In this document: positions 18,701-27,668 of the stretch, piece by piece
Numbering within the stretch: position 1 is the stretch's first letter
How the letters are laid out: each line of letters begins with the position of its first letter
DNA from: a virus
Taxonomy: Duplodnaviria; Caudoviricetes
Virus record (IMG/VR): IMGVR_UViG_3300034161_000018
Coordinates: 210,897 to 274,896 of that record
Strand: one strand, 5' to 3'
DNA: 64,000 nt
Notes under the pieces: model-generated
Database searches by the model: none
Told to the model about the DNA's origin: nothing
What the model saw: the letters and a program-made list of their open reading frames with translations, nothing else
Position numbers and translations under genes: made by a program

Positions 18701-19989
18701 GCACTCGCGTTGTAAACGTGAATCGTCAATGTCCAAGCGGCCAGACAGTCGGCGGTGTTTGGAATGGTACGCCAACGCAAACCGGCAGCTACACAGAAAC
18801 AACGTGGTCTGACGGAACGAAAACAAATAGCGATACAACGTGGGATTCGTTCTGCGCCGTTCCATTGAAACCCGCTGTAACAATCGTTTCGCAAACTCCA
18901 AAAGTGAGTGTCGATGCTTGTCCGAGTGGGCAAACAAAAGGCGGTTACATTGGCGGCGAATCGTTTATCACTGGCAATTACGTCGAGTATCTGTGGTCTG
19001 ACGGTACAAAAACGTACAGCGAGAAAACGTATGGCCCTGCGGAGTTTTGTGCATTGCCGACCAAACCATATGTTCCACCGACAATCGTTTCGCAAGTAAA
19101 CAAATCGGATTCTAAGCCGTGTCCAAATGGGCAAACGGTGAACGGACAACCGGGCGGACGAACTGCAATCACTGGCACGTACATTGAATATACGTGGTCG
19201 GATGGATCAACAACGAAATCGGAAACGACGTGGGAAGCTGGCGCAGTTTGTCAGATTATCGCGACGACTCCGGAAAGCATTAACCCGCGAATTCTTGGCC
19301 CGGTGTATGTCGGCAAACCAGATTCCGCTGTTCAGGGTGCAGTCGCTGCTGGTACGGTTTTGACGCCGACAATTCCAACTCCTTACGGAAGTTTGAATCC
19401 GGTGAACGCCGCGAATTACGCTGTTGGAATGGATGACCAATACGGCGCTAAGCGGATCGTGTTCAGTGCAAACAAAAACACGAAACCACCTGCGAAAGAC
19501 TTTTACGTTTCGGTTCCAATCTCGCTTCCAATCAGTGCCGCGCTCACAACGATTTTCCGAGTCGAAGTGATTGCTTCTGGTGTTGGCGTAGGTGCGCCGA
19601 TGTTGGTTCGCCAGACTGCTTTTGCAATCAGCAAACCGAACGGACGTTGCAGCATTATGGAAATCGTGCCGCAACCATCTGTAGTCGCGCAACCGAATCG
19701 AATTCAGTCAGCGCCAGCTTCGGGAATGACCGCGTATGATTTTGCGGTTACAAACAAAGGTGGAATTCCGCTGTCGGTTTCGCAAGTTCCGGCAAACAAC
19801 CCGAACGCTTGCCCGCTCAACAAAGTGAATTACTCCAACGACTACGGCGGAACGTCTTTGTTGTTTAAAGTCGATACGCGTCAAGCAGGTTCCGGCCTCG
19901 CTGGTTTCTCGTTTGTAGTTCTCAACTCTGTCACGGGTGCTGTTCTGTATAAGAGCGGACAAGACGGAAACATTCGCATAACATCGTGA
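15778..19989 (+). CDS. Giant Cys-rich repeat virion/fibre protein (1403 aa)
   Basis: Seven repeats of about 80-100 aa bracketed by Cx...CP, followed by four CPxGQT...WSDG repeats. Confidence 0.8.
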   Translation: MTCCRTHPNSVGMPPLEPEKVIVDCGTWVGSCGMGIHEFFLYLGKINSKVTVWFERKYTDDILNAYQFGEILGATPTGGKDGSFSFEYAPYDPNLAGRDEIRVEIVNNHRDSEWRFRVDCPEEYEDDPPVSEVKETESTCGRYHHQAGYAKKNTILLGDESGTVNVTWAIQGYAEVKFYQGDVLLKTIKSNRTGTFSFFYDPTKGPVYALTQGTGTVDYLFSCPYTPPEEIPEKFEFTCGDDIHIFQAPKLVNVILPPDQTGSVEIWFETESTVVLKFMQRDTLLYQVQQFEGSSAFSFDYDPANGPLTIVSENYGQFRTSVKCPYEAPPITPDPPKQYDLDCWDALQTFESPSEITVRLPNVTGSVLVTYVIPGSTELSFNQAGLEIGHGYPQDGLRSFSFNYVPSKGDLLVVATGTDDFQLWVDCPIPPPPPEYQANCGVDNQFDSPGNVNLSMGALSGNFNLTVDKTIALYNHSTLVASFTGTRSFFYTVGDQWKVVSTEVGVLNIKATCPSIKGMVCGPDDETFLAGDTILIDVDENVGDTAAMIVAPDTVTVAWYLDGQLFRSTTGTAEVDLYLPDVVEVKLISSGTGNFDLLFPCPVPRTPEGTCGKLVHSGTGVQADKPIRISGNGQVLITYELAAPRSITFATSDGIIQTVTGPVKDQFVYDYLLTEGPINVSFTGTGEFRYVIGCPPGAGEELVISPPDVIFDGGTVEDDPDENNGPCDDVYNTELEFVSDLTLPIPSAGTDCSLLLTSRAFSHPGMNATELYGATLMTAVRDITANNMKKTKLGSDFFFYYEFPLALEAEDYTFVLKASEADVDVAMYVNCYPVLDRARNLTLRETVTLFDAQTFVQIYWRYPDDITSQKLMTGGIYAAVVRTATNEVVWRSGDIMQKVRTNAKLQCSDKPRWPVTRVPNSEQVACPSGQTLNGVVGGVSYLTATWETITWSDGVVEVTEKVLNGVCKIPPTVTGTRVVNVNRQCPSGQTVGGVWNGTPTQTGSYTETTWSDGTKTNSDTTWDSFCAVPLKPAVTIVSQTPKVSVDACPSGQTKGGYIGGESFITGNYVEYLWSDGTKTYSEKTYGPAEFCALPTKPYVPPTIVSQVNKSDSKPCPNGQTVNGQPGGRTAITGTYIEYTWSDGSTTKSETTWEAGAVCQIIATTPESINPRILGPVYVGKPDSAVQGAVAAGTVLTPTIPTPYGSLNPVNAANYAVGMDDQYGAKRIVFSANKNTKPPAKDFYVSVPISLPISAALTTIFRVEVIASGVGVGAPMLVRQTAFAISKPNGRCSIMEIVPQPSVVAQPNRIQSAPASGMTAYDFAVTNKGGIPLSVSQVPANNPNACPLNKVNYSNDYGGTSLLFKVDTRQAGSGLAGFSFVVLNSVTGAVLYKSGQDGNIRITS

Positions 19990-19996
19990 GGCATTT

Positions 19997-20947
19997 ATGA
20001 GTTTGACAAGAACTCCGGTGCAGATGGTTCAGGCGAAAGGTTTGGCTAACCAAACTCAAATCGTTATTTCCAATGAGAAACTGACGGTTGCCGAATCAAC
20101 TGAAACGAAAATTTCGGAAGTGAGTGGCGGTTCTTACGACGTGCAGCAAGGTGTTTTGATCTTGCGCATGTACAACGGGGAAGACGTTCGCATTGAAGGC
20201 TTTCCAACCGCCGATAAAATCCCAACCGGGCCAACTGGCCCGCAAGGGCTTCCGGGCAAAGATGGAAAAAGCGGAAAAGATGGACGCGACGGCGCAGCGG
20301 GTGCTTCCGGTTGTGAAGGCCCGCAAGGTGCAATGGGACAAACTGGCCCGCGTGGCGAACAAGGTCGCGCCGGTCAACAGGGAATTATGGGGCCAACCGG
20401 ATTAATGGGGCCGGAAGGCCCGCAAGGCCCACCGGGGCCAACTGGCCCGCAAGGCCCGATTGGCCCACAAGGCCCACGCGGAGATATGGGGCCGCAAGGA
20501 AGACCCGGCCCGCGTGGTCCTGACGGAAAAATGAATATTGTGGTTTCCACTTGCGAACCGGAATCTCCAGAACCCGGAATGCTTTGGGTAAACCCCGATG
20601 CGAATTATCCGTGCTGCGCAACTGCTGCTGAATTGCGTCCGCGTTGCAAATGTTGCGACAAACCTTTGGGCGAATGCGATACAAATGTTTTGATTCCGCC
20701 TTCTGCGTGTTTGAGCGCTCCAGTAATGTGCCAACTGTACACCGAATTGTTTGGCCGTATGCCAGATGAACCGGGTGCGAATTACTGGTTGAACACGATT
20801 CAAACAAACGGCTGGAAAACCGATAATACCGTTCATATGTATTTGCTGCGCGGAATGATGTTGCGTTCTGCTGCGCCGCAGGATTGTGCATACGTCGGCG
20901 GAACGTATGATCCGGTAAATAAGGTTTGCGTAATTCCGGGTTTGTAA
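19997..20947 (+). CDS. Collagen-like fibre protein 2 with Cys-rich linker and DUF4214-like C-terminus
   Basis: Gly-X-Y run at about 20222-20528. Contains PCC...CKCC and [18 protein letters not shown]. Confidence 0.85.
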   Translation: MSLTRTPVQMVQAKGLANQTQIVISNEKLTVAESTETKISEVSGGSYDVQQGVLILRMYNGEDVRIEGFPTADKIPTGPTGPQGLPGKDGKSGKDGRDGAAGASGCEGPQGAMGQTGPRGEQGRAGQQGIMGPTGLMGPEGPQGPPGPTGPQGPIGPQGPRGDMGPQGRPGPRGPDGKMNIVVSTCEPESPEPGMLWVNPDANYPCCATAAELRPRCKCCDKPLGECDTNVLIPPSACLSAPVMCQLYTELFGRMPDEPGANYWLNTIQTNGWKTDNTVHMYLLRGMMLRSAAPQDCAYVGGTYDPVNKVCVIPGL

Positions 20948-20961
20948 TTCGCAATTCCGCG

Positions 20962-20971
20962 TAATTTTAAC
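20962..20971 (+). promoter_or_regulatory. TAATTTTAAC, variant of the candidate late promoter
   Basis: Intergenic, about 25 nt upstream of ATG 20996. One extra T relative to the consensus. Confidence 0.3.
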
Positions 20972-20995
20972 GTAAGTAAAACAGGAATGTGAAAA

Positions 20996-21514
20996 ATGGG
21001 GACGACTACTCGCGTCCCCCTCTCACTCGTTGGTGCGAGGGGTAAAGCCGGTGATAAAGTTTCGTTTACCGGCGATGGTTTAACAACCCAAGAAGAAAGT
21101 TTGGACGCAAACGTCAAACTTGAAAGTGGCACATTGGATTCCACAACGGGCACACTTTCCTTGCTTTTGAGCAATGGTGAAGTTTTGAAAGTTGAAGGTT
21201 TTCTGACGCCGAATTCTGCGGGACAAGGTGCGCCGGGTGTTCAAGGTTTGCCCGGTCGTGACGGAATCGACGGCCTCGATGGTCGTGATGGTGAAAAAGG
21301 TGCAACAGGTTGCCAAGGCCCAGCGGGGCCGCGTGGTGTTGCAGGCCCGCAAGGTGAACGCGGCCCGCAAGGCGTTCAAGGCCCAACTGGCCCGCAAGGT
21401 TTGACTGGTCAACGCGGTGATGACGGTTTTGTTCAAGTGTGGATTCAGAATGATGATCCTGCGGAAACTTCCGGTTCACTCGTACAGGCTGGCGCTATTT
21501 GGGTGAAAGTTTAA
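20996..21514 (+). CDS. Collagen-like fibre protein 3 (short)
   Basis: TRVP N-terminus, Gly-X-Y run at about 21219-21426, ends in AIWVKV. Confidence 0.85.
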   Translation: MGTTTRVPLSLVGARGKAGDKVSFTGDGLTTQEESLDANVKLESGTLDSTTGTLSLLLSNGEVLKVEGFLTPNSAGQGAPGVQGLPGRDGIDGLDGRDGEKGATGCQGPAGPRGVAGPQGERGPQGVQGPTGPQGLTGQRGDDGFVQVWIQNDDPAETSGSLVQAGAIWVKV

Positions 21515-21558
21515 GATTCCGATAATGTCTTTCGGAATACCGAATCGGAGCAGATTGA

Positions 21559-24500
21559 ATGAGTCGTTTACGTGTTCGCACGCCCAGCGGTAGCTGGCTC
21601 GACGTTTGCGAAAGTGAATGGTACGTGCGTGATGCAAAAAACCTGAATTGGATTCGTTTGGTCGTTTCCAAAGAAATGAAAGTACGGCACGGCAGCAATG
21701 CGTACTGGTTGAATATCGAATGCGACGTTGACGATATTTACTGTCCGCCAGATGAAGTGCTGGAATGCTGGCCGGGTGCGACTGGCAATTTCGATAACGG
21801 AATCATCATTGACGGCGGGCCAACTGGTTCGCAACTTTGTGATTGCGACGGAAAGAATTGCGTTACTTACATCGGCCCCGGCCCCGGTGGCGAAGGAAAC
21901 GGAAACGCTGGCCCAAACACTGGCGGGCAATTGCTCGCTACCAGTGCAAAGGCTGGCGCAACCGGCAGCAAAACAATGCCGCTTCCTTGCCCGGTTACTG
22001 CATACGGTGGCCGCGCAACGATTACCGAATTCTACGTTGAACTTTCACAAGTCAGCGGAATGGTGACGCTCAATGCTCGCGGGATTACCGGCAGCGTGCG
22101 CGTCCGTGTTTACAAAAACTGCGAACTGTTGGCCGATACTGATTTGGCGCAGAACGCAACGCGTAACGGAATCAAAAGTTACGTGACGAAATTCATGAAT
22201 GACACCGCTTCCGGAATCGGTCGCGTGCTTGTTCGTGTTGATGCACAAAACGAAAACACTCTTTGGGACGTGGCGCTTTCGTGCCCGAACCAAGACCCGG
22301 ATTTCACCGACATTGAACCAGCACAATGCTACGGCACTTTCCACGCGTTGATTGGTTGCACCGCTTTTGTTTATGAGCGCATGCACAAACTGGAAGGCAG
22401 CGGCGTAACGTGGTTGGACATTACTGTTGGTAAAGAACCGATTCGCGTTTCTGCTTATTATCAAGGCCAGTTGCTCGCTTCGACGATTGACCTGATTACC
22501 AGTTCGACGCAATTGTCGTGGAATTTCCAACCGAAAAGCAACGACGATTTGGTGACGATTCGCGTAGAGTGCGACCAGCCAACAACGGCGTGGACGTATT
22601 CGCTTTATTGCGCCGGAACAACTGGCAGTTTCAACAATCCGGATCATTGCTGTGGCACCGGCCTGCCTGAGCGTTGCGAAGATATTGGCAAACCGTGCCC
22701 ACCGGAATTCAACCGCGTTTCCAACAAAGCGGATGTTACCGATACGTGGTACGACTTGTCGAAAAACATCGACGGCAAAGTTTACATTCCGTACAACCTA
22801 ATCGGCGACAAACCGTTGCAGATTCTGGTTTACCAAAACGGAAATGTCGTCGCGGGTATCGGCCCGAAACTCGGCAGTGGCAAACTGGTTTTCATGTTTA
22901 AGAAAGCCAATGGTGCAAAGATTCGCGTTCGTGTAATTGGTACGTGCTGCCCTGAATGGACATTCAGCGTGTTGTGCCCGTTCCCGTTGCCGCAAGTGTG
23001 TATCGACAATCCTTCAATGGTTCGCCCAACGAAAGGTCAAGTCGGCCAACTGTGTTTCACTCTGACTCTCGATCACATTTATGACGAAACGGTCACGGTG
23101 GATTACGAAACTCGTTCATCGAATGCGATTGGTGTTTATGCGCAAACTAATGTCTTGGTTGAAGACGAATTTAATTACCCTTTCTTGGCTGTGGCCGATT
23201 CGGGAACTGGCCGTGTTGTTTACGATGCTGGCTTTCCTAAGTTTTACAACAATGTTGTTAACGGCGTAACTGACCAGTACCTGCGCAACGTTGTGAATTA
23301 CTGCGCCAACCCAAACAAACCAAAACGTGCGCTTGTTTGTTCCAGTGCGAAACGCGGTTTTGCGTATCCTGCTGACGGCCAGCCTACCGGTTTCGGAATT
23401 CGCGTTCCAAACATTTTGGCAGCGATGGGCTTTGCAGTTGACGTGGCGTGTGTGAACGATCCGTTCTTCGGTGCGGGCGTCATGGATCACGATTACGACA
23501 AGCTGGCACCGTATTCGATGGTGATTTTCTTTTCGTCGGATGAATTCAACGCACCAAACATCACCGAACGTACCGCGACTGCTTACGGCGAATTCGTGAA
23601 GAAAGGAAATGGTTTGTTCCTTGTGACCGACCACTTCTCTTTCCAGTACGCCGCAAACATGATTGCAAAACAGTACGGCGTGGTGTTCTCCGGTTCGGTG
23701 GATCGTTCGCCAGTTTCGATTGCACGGTCGATTCAGATTTACGGCCCGTCGCCATTGTGGAACGGAATCGAAAACCAAACTTTTGCAGCGGGTGGATCGG
23801 AAGGGATTATCGGTGTGGAATACACGCCGCCTGATTACGTTCCGGAAAAAGGCACTGTCGAATTCTCGCCGTGTGAAACTGCACGCCAAGTCTGCATCGA
23901 CATTTGGGGAATCAGTCGCCCCGGCCCTGACCGCACGATTGAAGTGGTTTTGAAAAGTGCAAAGAACGCGACAATCTGTACGCCCGGCGTTGGCACTGGC
24001 ACAATCGAAAATAACTACGTTGCGAATTGCCCAAGCAATACACAACTGGTTGTAAAAGATGGTGGCGCTCACGCAGCAATGGGCAGCGGCGCACGTTTGA
24101 TGTACACGCAAGAAAGTTTGGGCGCTGCGAACTTCCAGTATTCGTCCATTCTCGATATGAAAATCAACTTCCCGGCAGAAGGCATTTATCGCTTCTACGT
24201 TTGGGGAGACGACGAAGCTGAACTGTATCTCGATTGCGATTTGGTCGTGAAACACGTTTTGTCTTCCGGCACGACAATCATTCAGAGTGGCCCGGCATCG
24301 CGACCTTATTGGGTTCCGGCTGGTGAAGTTTATCTGTATTTGATTTACACAAACCGAGGCCCACGTTCGCGCAGTGCTAGCGCCTGCTCGATGAAAATCA
24401 TGTATCCGAATGGTTCGCCATTCTACGTGTCGAATGCTGCAAACTGGCGTTCGCGTGTTTTGGATATGGGCTTGCCGCCGATTTGCAAACAGTTCCCCGA

Positions 24501-25368
24501 CACTTGCCAAATCACGCCGACTGGTGGCGTGCGAAATGGTGGAAACTCCAACACGCACAACATTGGTTATCCGGGCGCGCAAAACATTAGCTCCACGCTT
24601 CACTCGCCGAACTGCGCACCGGGCGGAACGTTCTACGTTTTGGAAACGATGATCGCGTTCCCGGTTACAGGTATTTATACTTGGGTCGGTACAGCGGACG
24701 ATAACATTTGGATGTATCTCGATTGTAATCTGTTCGCCACTGGCAACAACTGGGAAGGAACATTCTACGCGTCGGTTTATGTAACGGCGGGTATGCACCG
24801 CGTAACAGCGATGTACCAAAACATTCCAAACTGCACACCGGGTTGGGTGAAATTTGTTTTCCTCGCTCCCGACCTTCACGTTACTTATCAGAGTGAGGCA
24901 ACTGGCTGGGGTTCGATTCAAGGTAACTTGTCGGATCAAGGCGCGGCTGCAATTTATTCTGGCGGTTCCGTTGGTGCATGGGCAATCAACTATCTCGGTG
25001 GTTTGGGCGCTCGCGCAATTTCCGCACCGTTTGGTCAGAACTACGGCTACACAACTTCGGAACTGAAATTCAGTTTCCCGCATGCTGGCAATTATTCCAT
25101 CCTGATGTTTGGCGATGACACGGTTGAAGTTTTCGTCGAGTGTCGTTCGGTGGCGTATTGCGGCGCTGTGCGTCAAGGTTCGCTTGCAACCGGTTCGTTC
25201 TACGCGGGCGCAGGTGAGACAAACATTATTGTGCGGCATTACAACGTTTCGTCGCCACAATGGTTTATCTTTGCGATTCTCGACGAAGGTGGGAATACGG
25301 TTTATGGCACCAACACGGCAGGATGGAAATGTCGTTTAGGTGATATGGACTTCTCCGGTATTTCATAA
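21559..25368 (+). CDS. Giant Cys-rich modular adhesin-like virion protein (CP repeats, split Calx-beta, three PA14-like modules)
   Basis: Three C...CP repeats. Calx-beta halves (TVTVDYET / DY...KGTVEF). Three FP..G.Y....ADD...+YLDC-type segments. Confidence 0.8.
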   Translation: MSRLRVRTPSGSWLDVCESEWYVRDAKNLNWIRLVVSKEMKVRHGSNAYWLNIECDVDDIYCPPDEVLECWPGATGNFDNGIIIDGGPTGSQLCDCDGKNCVTYIGPGPGGEGNGNAGPNTGGQLLATSAKAGATGSKTMPLPCPVTAYGGRATITEFYVELSQVSGMVTLNARGITGSVRVRVYKNCELLADTDLAQNATRNGIKSYVTKFMNDTASGIGRVLVRVDAQNENTLWDVALSCPNQDPDFTDIEPAQCYGTFHALIGCTAFVYERMHKLEGSGVTWLDITVGKEPIRVSAYYQGQLLASTIDLITSSTQLSWNFQPKSNDDLVTIRVECDQPTTAWTYSLYCAGTTGSFNNPDHCCGTGLPERCEDIGKPCPPEFNRVSNKADVTDTWYDLSKNIDGKVYIPYNLIGDKPLQILVYQNGNVVAGIGPKLGSGKLVFMFKKANGAKIRVRVIGTCCPEWTFSVLCPFPLPQVCIDNPSMVRPTKGQVGQLCFTLTLDHIYDETVTVDYETRSSNAIGVYAQTNVLVEDEFNYPFLAVADSGTGRVVYDAGFPKFYNNVVNGVTDQYLRNVVNYCANPNKPKRALVCSSAKRGFAYPADGQPTGFGIRVPNILAAMGFAVDVACVNDPFFGAGVMDHDYDKLAPYSMVIFFSSDEFNAPNITERTATAYGEFVKKGNGLFLVTDHFSFQYAANMIAKQYGVVFSGSVDRSPVSIARSIQIYGPSPLWNGIENQTFAAGGSEGIIGVEYTPPDYVPEKGTVEFSPCETARQVCIDIWGISRPGPDRTIEVVLKSAKNATICTPGVGTGTIENNYVANCPSNTQLVVKDGGAHAAMGSGARLMYTQESLGAANFQYSSILDMKINFPAEGIYRFYVWGDDEAELYLDCDLVVKHVLSSGTTIIQSGPASRPYWVPAGEVYLYLIYTNRGPRSRSASACSMKIMYPNGSPFYVSNAANWRSRVLDMGLPPICKQFPDTCQITPTGGVRNGGNSNTHNIGYPGAQNISSTLHSPNCAPGGTFYVLETMIAFPVTGIYTWVGTADDNIWMYLDCNLFATGNNWEGTFYASVYVTAGMHRVTAMYQNIPNCTPGWVKFVFLAPDLHVTYQSEATGWGSIQGNLSDQGAAAIYSGGSVGAWAINYLGGLGARAISAPFGQNYGYTTSELKFSFPHAGNYSILMFGDDTVEVFVECRSVAYCGAVRQGSLATGSFYAGAGETNIIVRHYNVSSPQWFIFAILDEGGNTVYGTNTAGWKCRLGDMDFSGIS

Positions 25369-25379
25369 GGGTTTGAAAA

Positions 25380-25583
25380 ATGGCTCGACGCTTATTGGTT
25401 CGCCAAGACGCGCAAAGCCCGTGGGTAGACAATTTTGCAAAAGGGGGTTGGCAAGTTCGCGTTGGACTTGCTGACCCCGAAGCGAAATGCCCCGCTGGTG
25501 CAGCGTGCGAGTGGGTGAAAATGTTGCCATCGAATACAAAATTCCGCTCCGCTGACAACAAGTCGTGGGAATGCGTGAAGTGA
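25380..25583 (+). CDS. Small Cys/Trp-rich protein
   Basis: 67 aa. Its RLLVR...SPWVD start resembles the N-terminus of the 21559 protein (RLRVRTPSGSWLD). Confidence 0.7.
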   Translation: MARRLLVRQDAQSPWVDNFAKGGWQVRVGLADPEAKCPAGAACEWVKMLPSNTKFRSADNKSWECVK

Positions 25584-25593
25584 GGAATAAATA

Positions 25594-27621
25594 ATGGCTG
25601 GTACAATCACGCGCGTTCCGCTAACAATGGTCGCAGCGAAAAACGGTGAAGCCGGTGATACCGTAAAGTTTGACGGCGATCAGTTGAATCTGCAATCCGA
25701 ACAAACAACCGGCGACAAATATGTAAGCAGCGCAAAATACGACGGCGAAACCGGCATTCTCACAATTGGTTTTTCCGACAACACACAATTAACCGCCACT
25801 GGTTTTATGGTGCCGGGAAACATTGGTGTTGGCCCTACTGGCCCAACTGGCCCGCAAGGCGTTTCCGGAAAAAATGGGCGTGACGGAAAAGATGGTCGCG
25901 CCGGTGAAGCCGGTTGCGCTGGCCCAAAAGGTGATATTGGCCCCGCTGGCCCAGCCGGTGGTTATGGTGGTATCGGCCCGCGTGGCCCAATTGGCCCAAC
26001 TGGCCCGCAAGGCGCAACAGGATTGCAAGGCCCACGCGGCCCCGATGGCCCAACTGGCCCGCAAGGAATTACAGGCCCGCAAGGTTTAGTCGGAACAATT
26101 GGCCCAACTGGCCCGCAAGGCCCAACTGGCCCGCAAGGTGTTGACGGCCCAACTGGCCCGCAAGGTTTGCCGGGAACAATTGGCGCAACAGTTACAGGCC
26201 CGCAAGGAATTCAAGGCCCGACCGGCCCGCAAGGTGTTGATGGGCCAACCGGCCCGACTGGCCCAAAAGGTGCGCAAGGTGCAACGGGCGTTTCTCCGCT
26301 TACCATTTTTTCTAAATGGGCATCTGCCGATCCAAACGTTGGTCGTTATTACACAATTGATACCGACGGCGTTTCTTTGGAAGTTTGCGGTACTTACGTT
26401 GGCACGTCCACGCCAATTGCGAGCGCAACAATCAATTTCCAAATGGGCGGTTTCGGCGCACGTATTCCACTGGTCTACATTTCGTGGCGCAAAGTCGGAA
26501 ACATTACAGCAAGTCCAAACTTGGAATATACGGTTACGACTGCTGACATTGAAGAAGAAAGCGGTGCCGGTTCGTTTACCGTTACGTTGCCAAGCGCGAA
26601 AAGTAATTGGGATTTCACTTGGCGCGTTTTGCTCGCCACGCCTGATGTGAATCAGCCGGTTGTAACTCCGTCGAATACCAGTGCGCCAAGTCCGGGCGGT
26701 GTTGGAACTTCCGGAACAATGACGTACACGGTTTCGCTTTCGCAATCTTACGATTTGCCAGTTTCCGTGAAATGGACAACGCGCAGTCCTGATGCTGACG
26801 GCACGCCTCCAGCTATTCCAACTGCGACGGATGTTTTTGCAACGTGGAACCGAACAGCGGGCAACGATTTCTTCCCGGCAGGTTCTACAGTTCCTGACAC
26901 CAGTGAAGCGGCATCGTGGTCTATCAGCGGTACGAAAATTCAAACCTCCGTTAATTCGACTGGTTACATTTCGTTCCTCTCGCAATTCCCGGCGTCGAAA
27001 TTCACGGTTGAAATGTTGGTCGGTTCCACTGATGCGGACGACGATCAAATCGGCGGTGTTATTGCGGCAGTCCGGAAAAGCGGCGTAAACCATTTGCTGG
27101 TTGCTTCGCGAAATCGCGGCGGCACTGCTGGCCCAACGTTTGCATTGATTTATTTGCAGGGCAATACTGTAAAGAAAGTAATCGCATCGTATGACGATGG
27201 TGTGCGCGGTGGGTGGTCTGGTGCAACGTCGAAAATCAAAATGACGCGTGATCGTGATTTGATTTCGATTACTGCATCGCCATTTGGTTCGACTTCGTAT
27301 GGCGCTGCGTACAATCTCAGCGTTGACCTTTCCACCGATCCTGATTTGGCAATTTTCCAGAATGGTGCGCTGTTCGGAATGTACGCACAATCTCAAGCTG
27401 CCGGTTATTTCGACAACTTGGTGTTTACGTTCCCGGCTGCAAACTACAAATCGGAAAGTGGCACTTTGTTGTTCGCTGCTGGCGAATTCTCAAAAGAAGT
27501 GCCGATTACCATTTACGGACGCGACCCAGCGGACACAGCAACTCGCCACGTTCAATTGGTTTTGAGTTCGCCGCGTAACGCGACGCTTGCCACTCCGGAT
27601 TACGGAACTGGTACGTTCTAA
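25594..27621 (+). CDS. Collagen-like fibre protein 4 with split Calx-beta and inserted lectin-like domain
   Basis: Longest Gly-X-Y run (about 25825-26295). [10 protein letters not shown] lectin-like motif sits between the Calx-beta halves. Confidence 0.85.
   Translation: MAGTITRVPLTMVAAKNGEAGDTVKFDGDQLNLQSEQTTGDKYVSSAKYDGETGILTIGFSDNTQLTATGFMVPGNIGVGPTGPTGPQGVSGKNGRDGKDGRAGEAGCAGPKGDIGPAGPAGGYGGIGPRGPIGPTGPQGATGLQGPRGPDGPTGPQGITGPQGLVGTIGPTGPQGPTGPQGVDGPTGPQGLPGTIGATVTGPQGIQGPTGPQGVDGPTGPTGPKGAQGATGVSPLTIFSKWASADPNVGRYYTIDTDGVSLEVCGTYVGTSTPIASATINFQMGGFGARIPLVYISWRKVGNITASPNLEYTVTTADIEEESGAGSFTVTLPSAKSNWDFTWRVLLATPDVNQPVVTPSNTSAPSPGGVGTSGTMTYTVSLSQSYDLPVSVKWTTRSPDADGTPPAIPTATDVFATWNRTAGNDFFPAGSTVPDTSEAASWSISGTKIQTSVNSTGYISFLSQFPASKFTVEMLVGSTDADDDQIGGVIAAVRKSGVNHLLVASRNRGGTAGPTFALIYLQGNTVKKVIASYDDGVRGGWSGATSKIKMTRDRDLISITASPFGSTSYGAAYNLSVDLSTDPDLAIFQNGALFGMYAQSQAAGYFDNLVFTFPAANYKSESGTLLFAAGEFSKEVPITIYGRDPADTATRHVQLVLSSPRNATLATPDYGTGTF
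25825..26295 (+). repeat. Collagen-coding tandem repeat (GGCCCAACTGGCCCGCAAGG, encoding GPTGPQG)
   Basis: Near-identical units recur here and in the collagen genes at about 15030, 20230-20460 and 21380. Confidence 0.85.
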
Positions 27622-27626
27622 AGATC

Positions 27627-27648
27627 GGGGGCCGCGTGCCCCCTTTCT
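27627..27648 (+). terminator. Possible intrinsic terminator
   Basis: GGGGGC-cgcgt-GCCCCC followed by a short tttct tract. Confidence 0.5.
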
Positions 27649-27668
27649 CAATTCCGTAGGGGTTAAAA

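Noticed and set aside
25825-26295. Tandem repeats considered as a CRISPR array
   Set aside because: The units are in-frame Gly-X-Y codons with no unique spacers and no cas genes.
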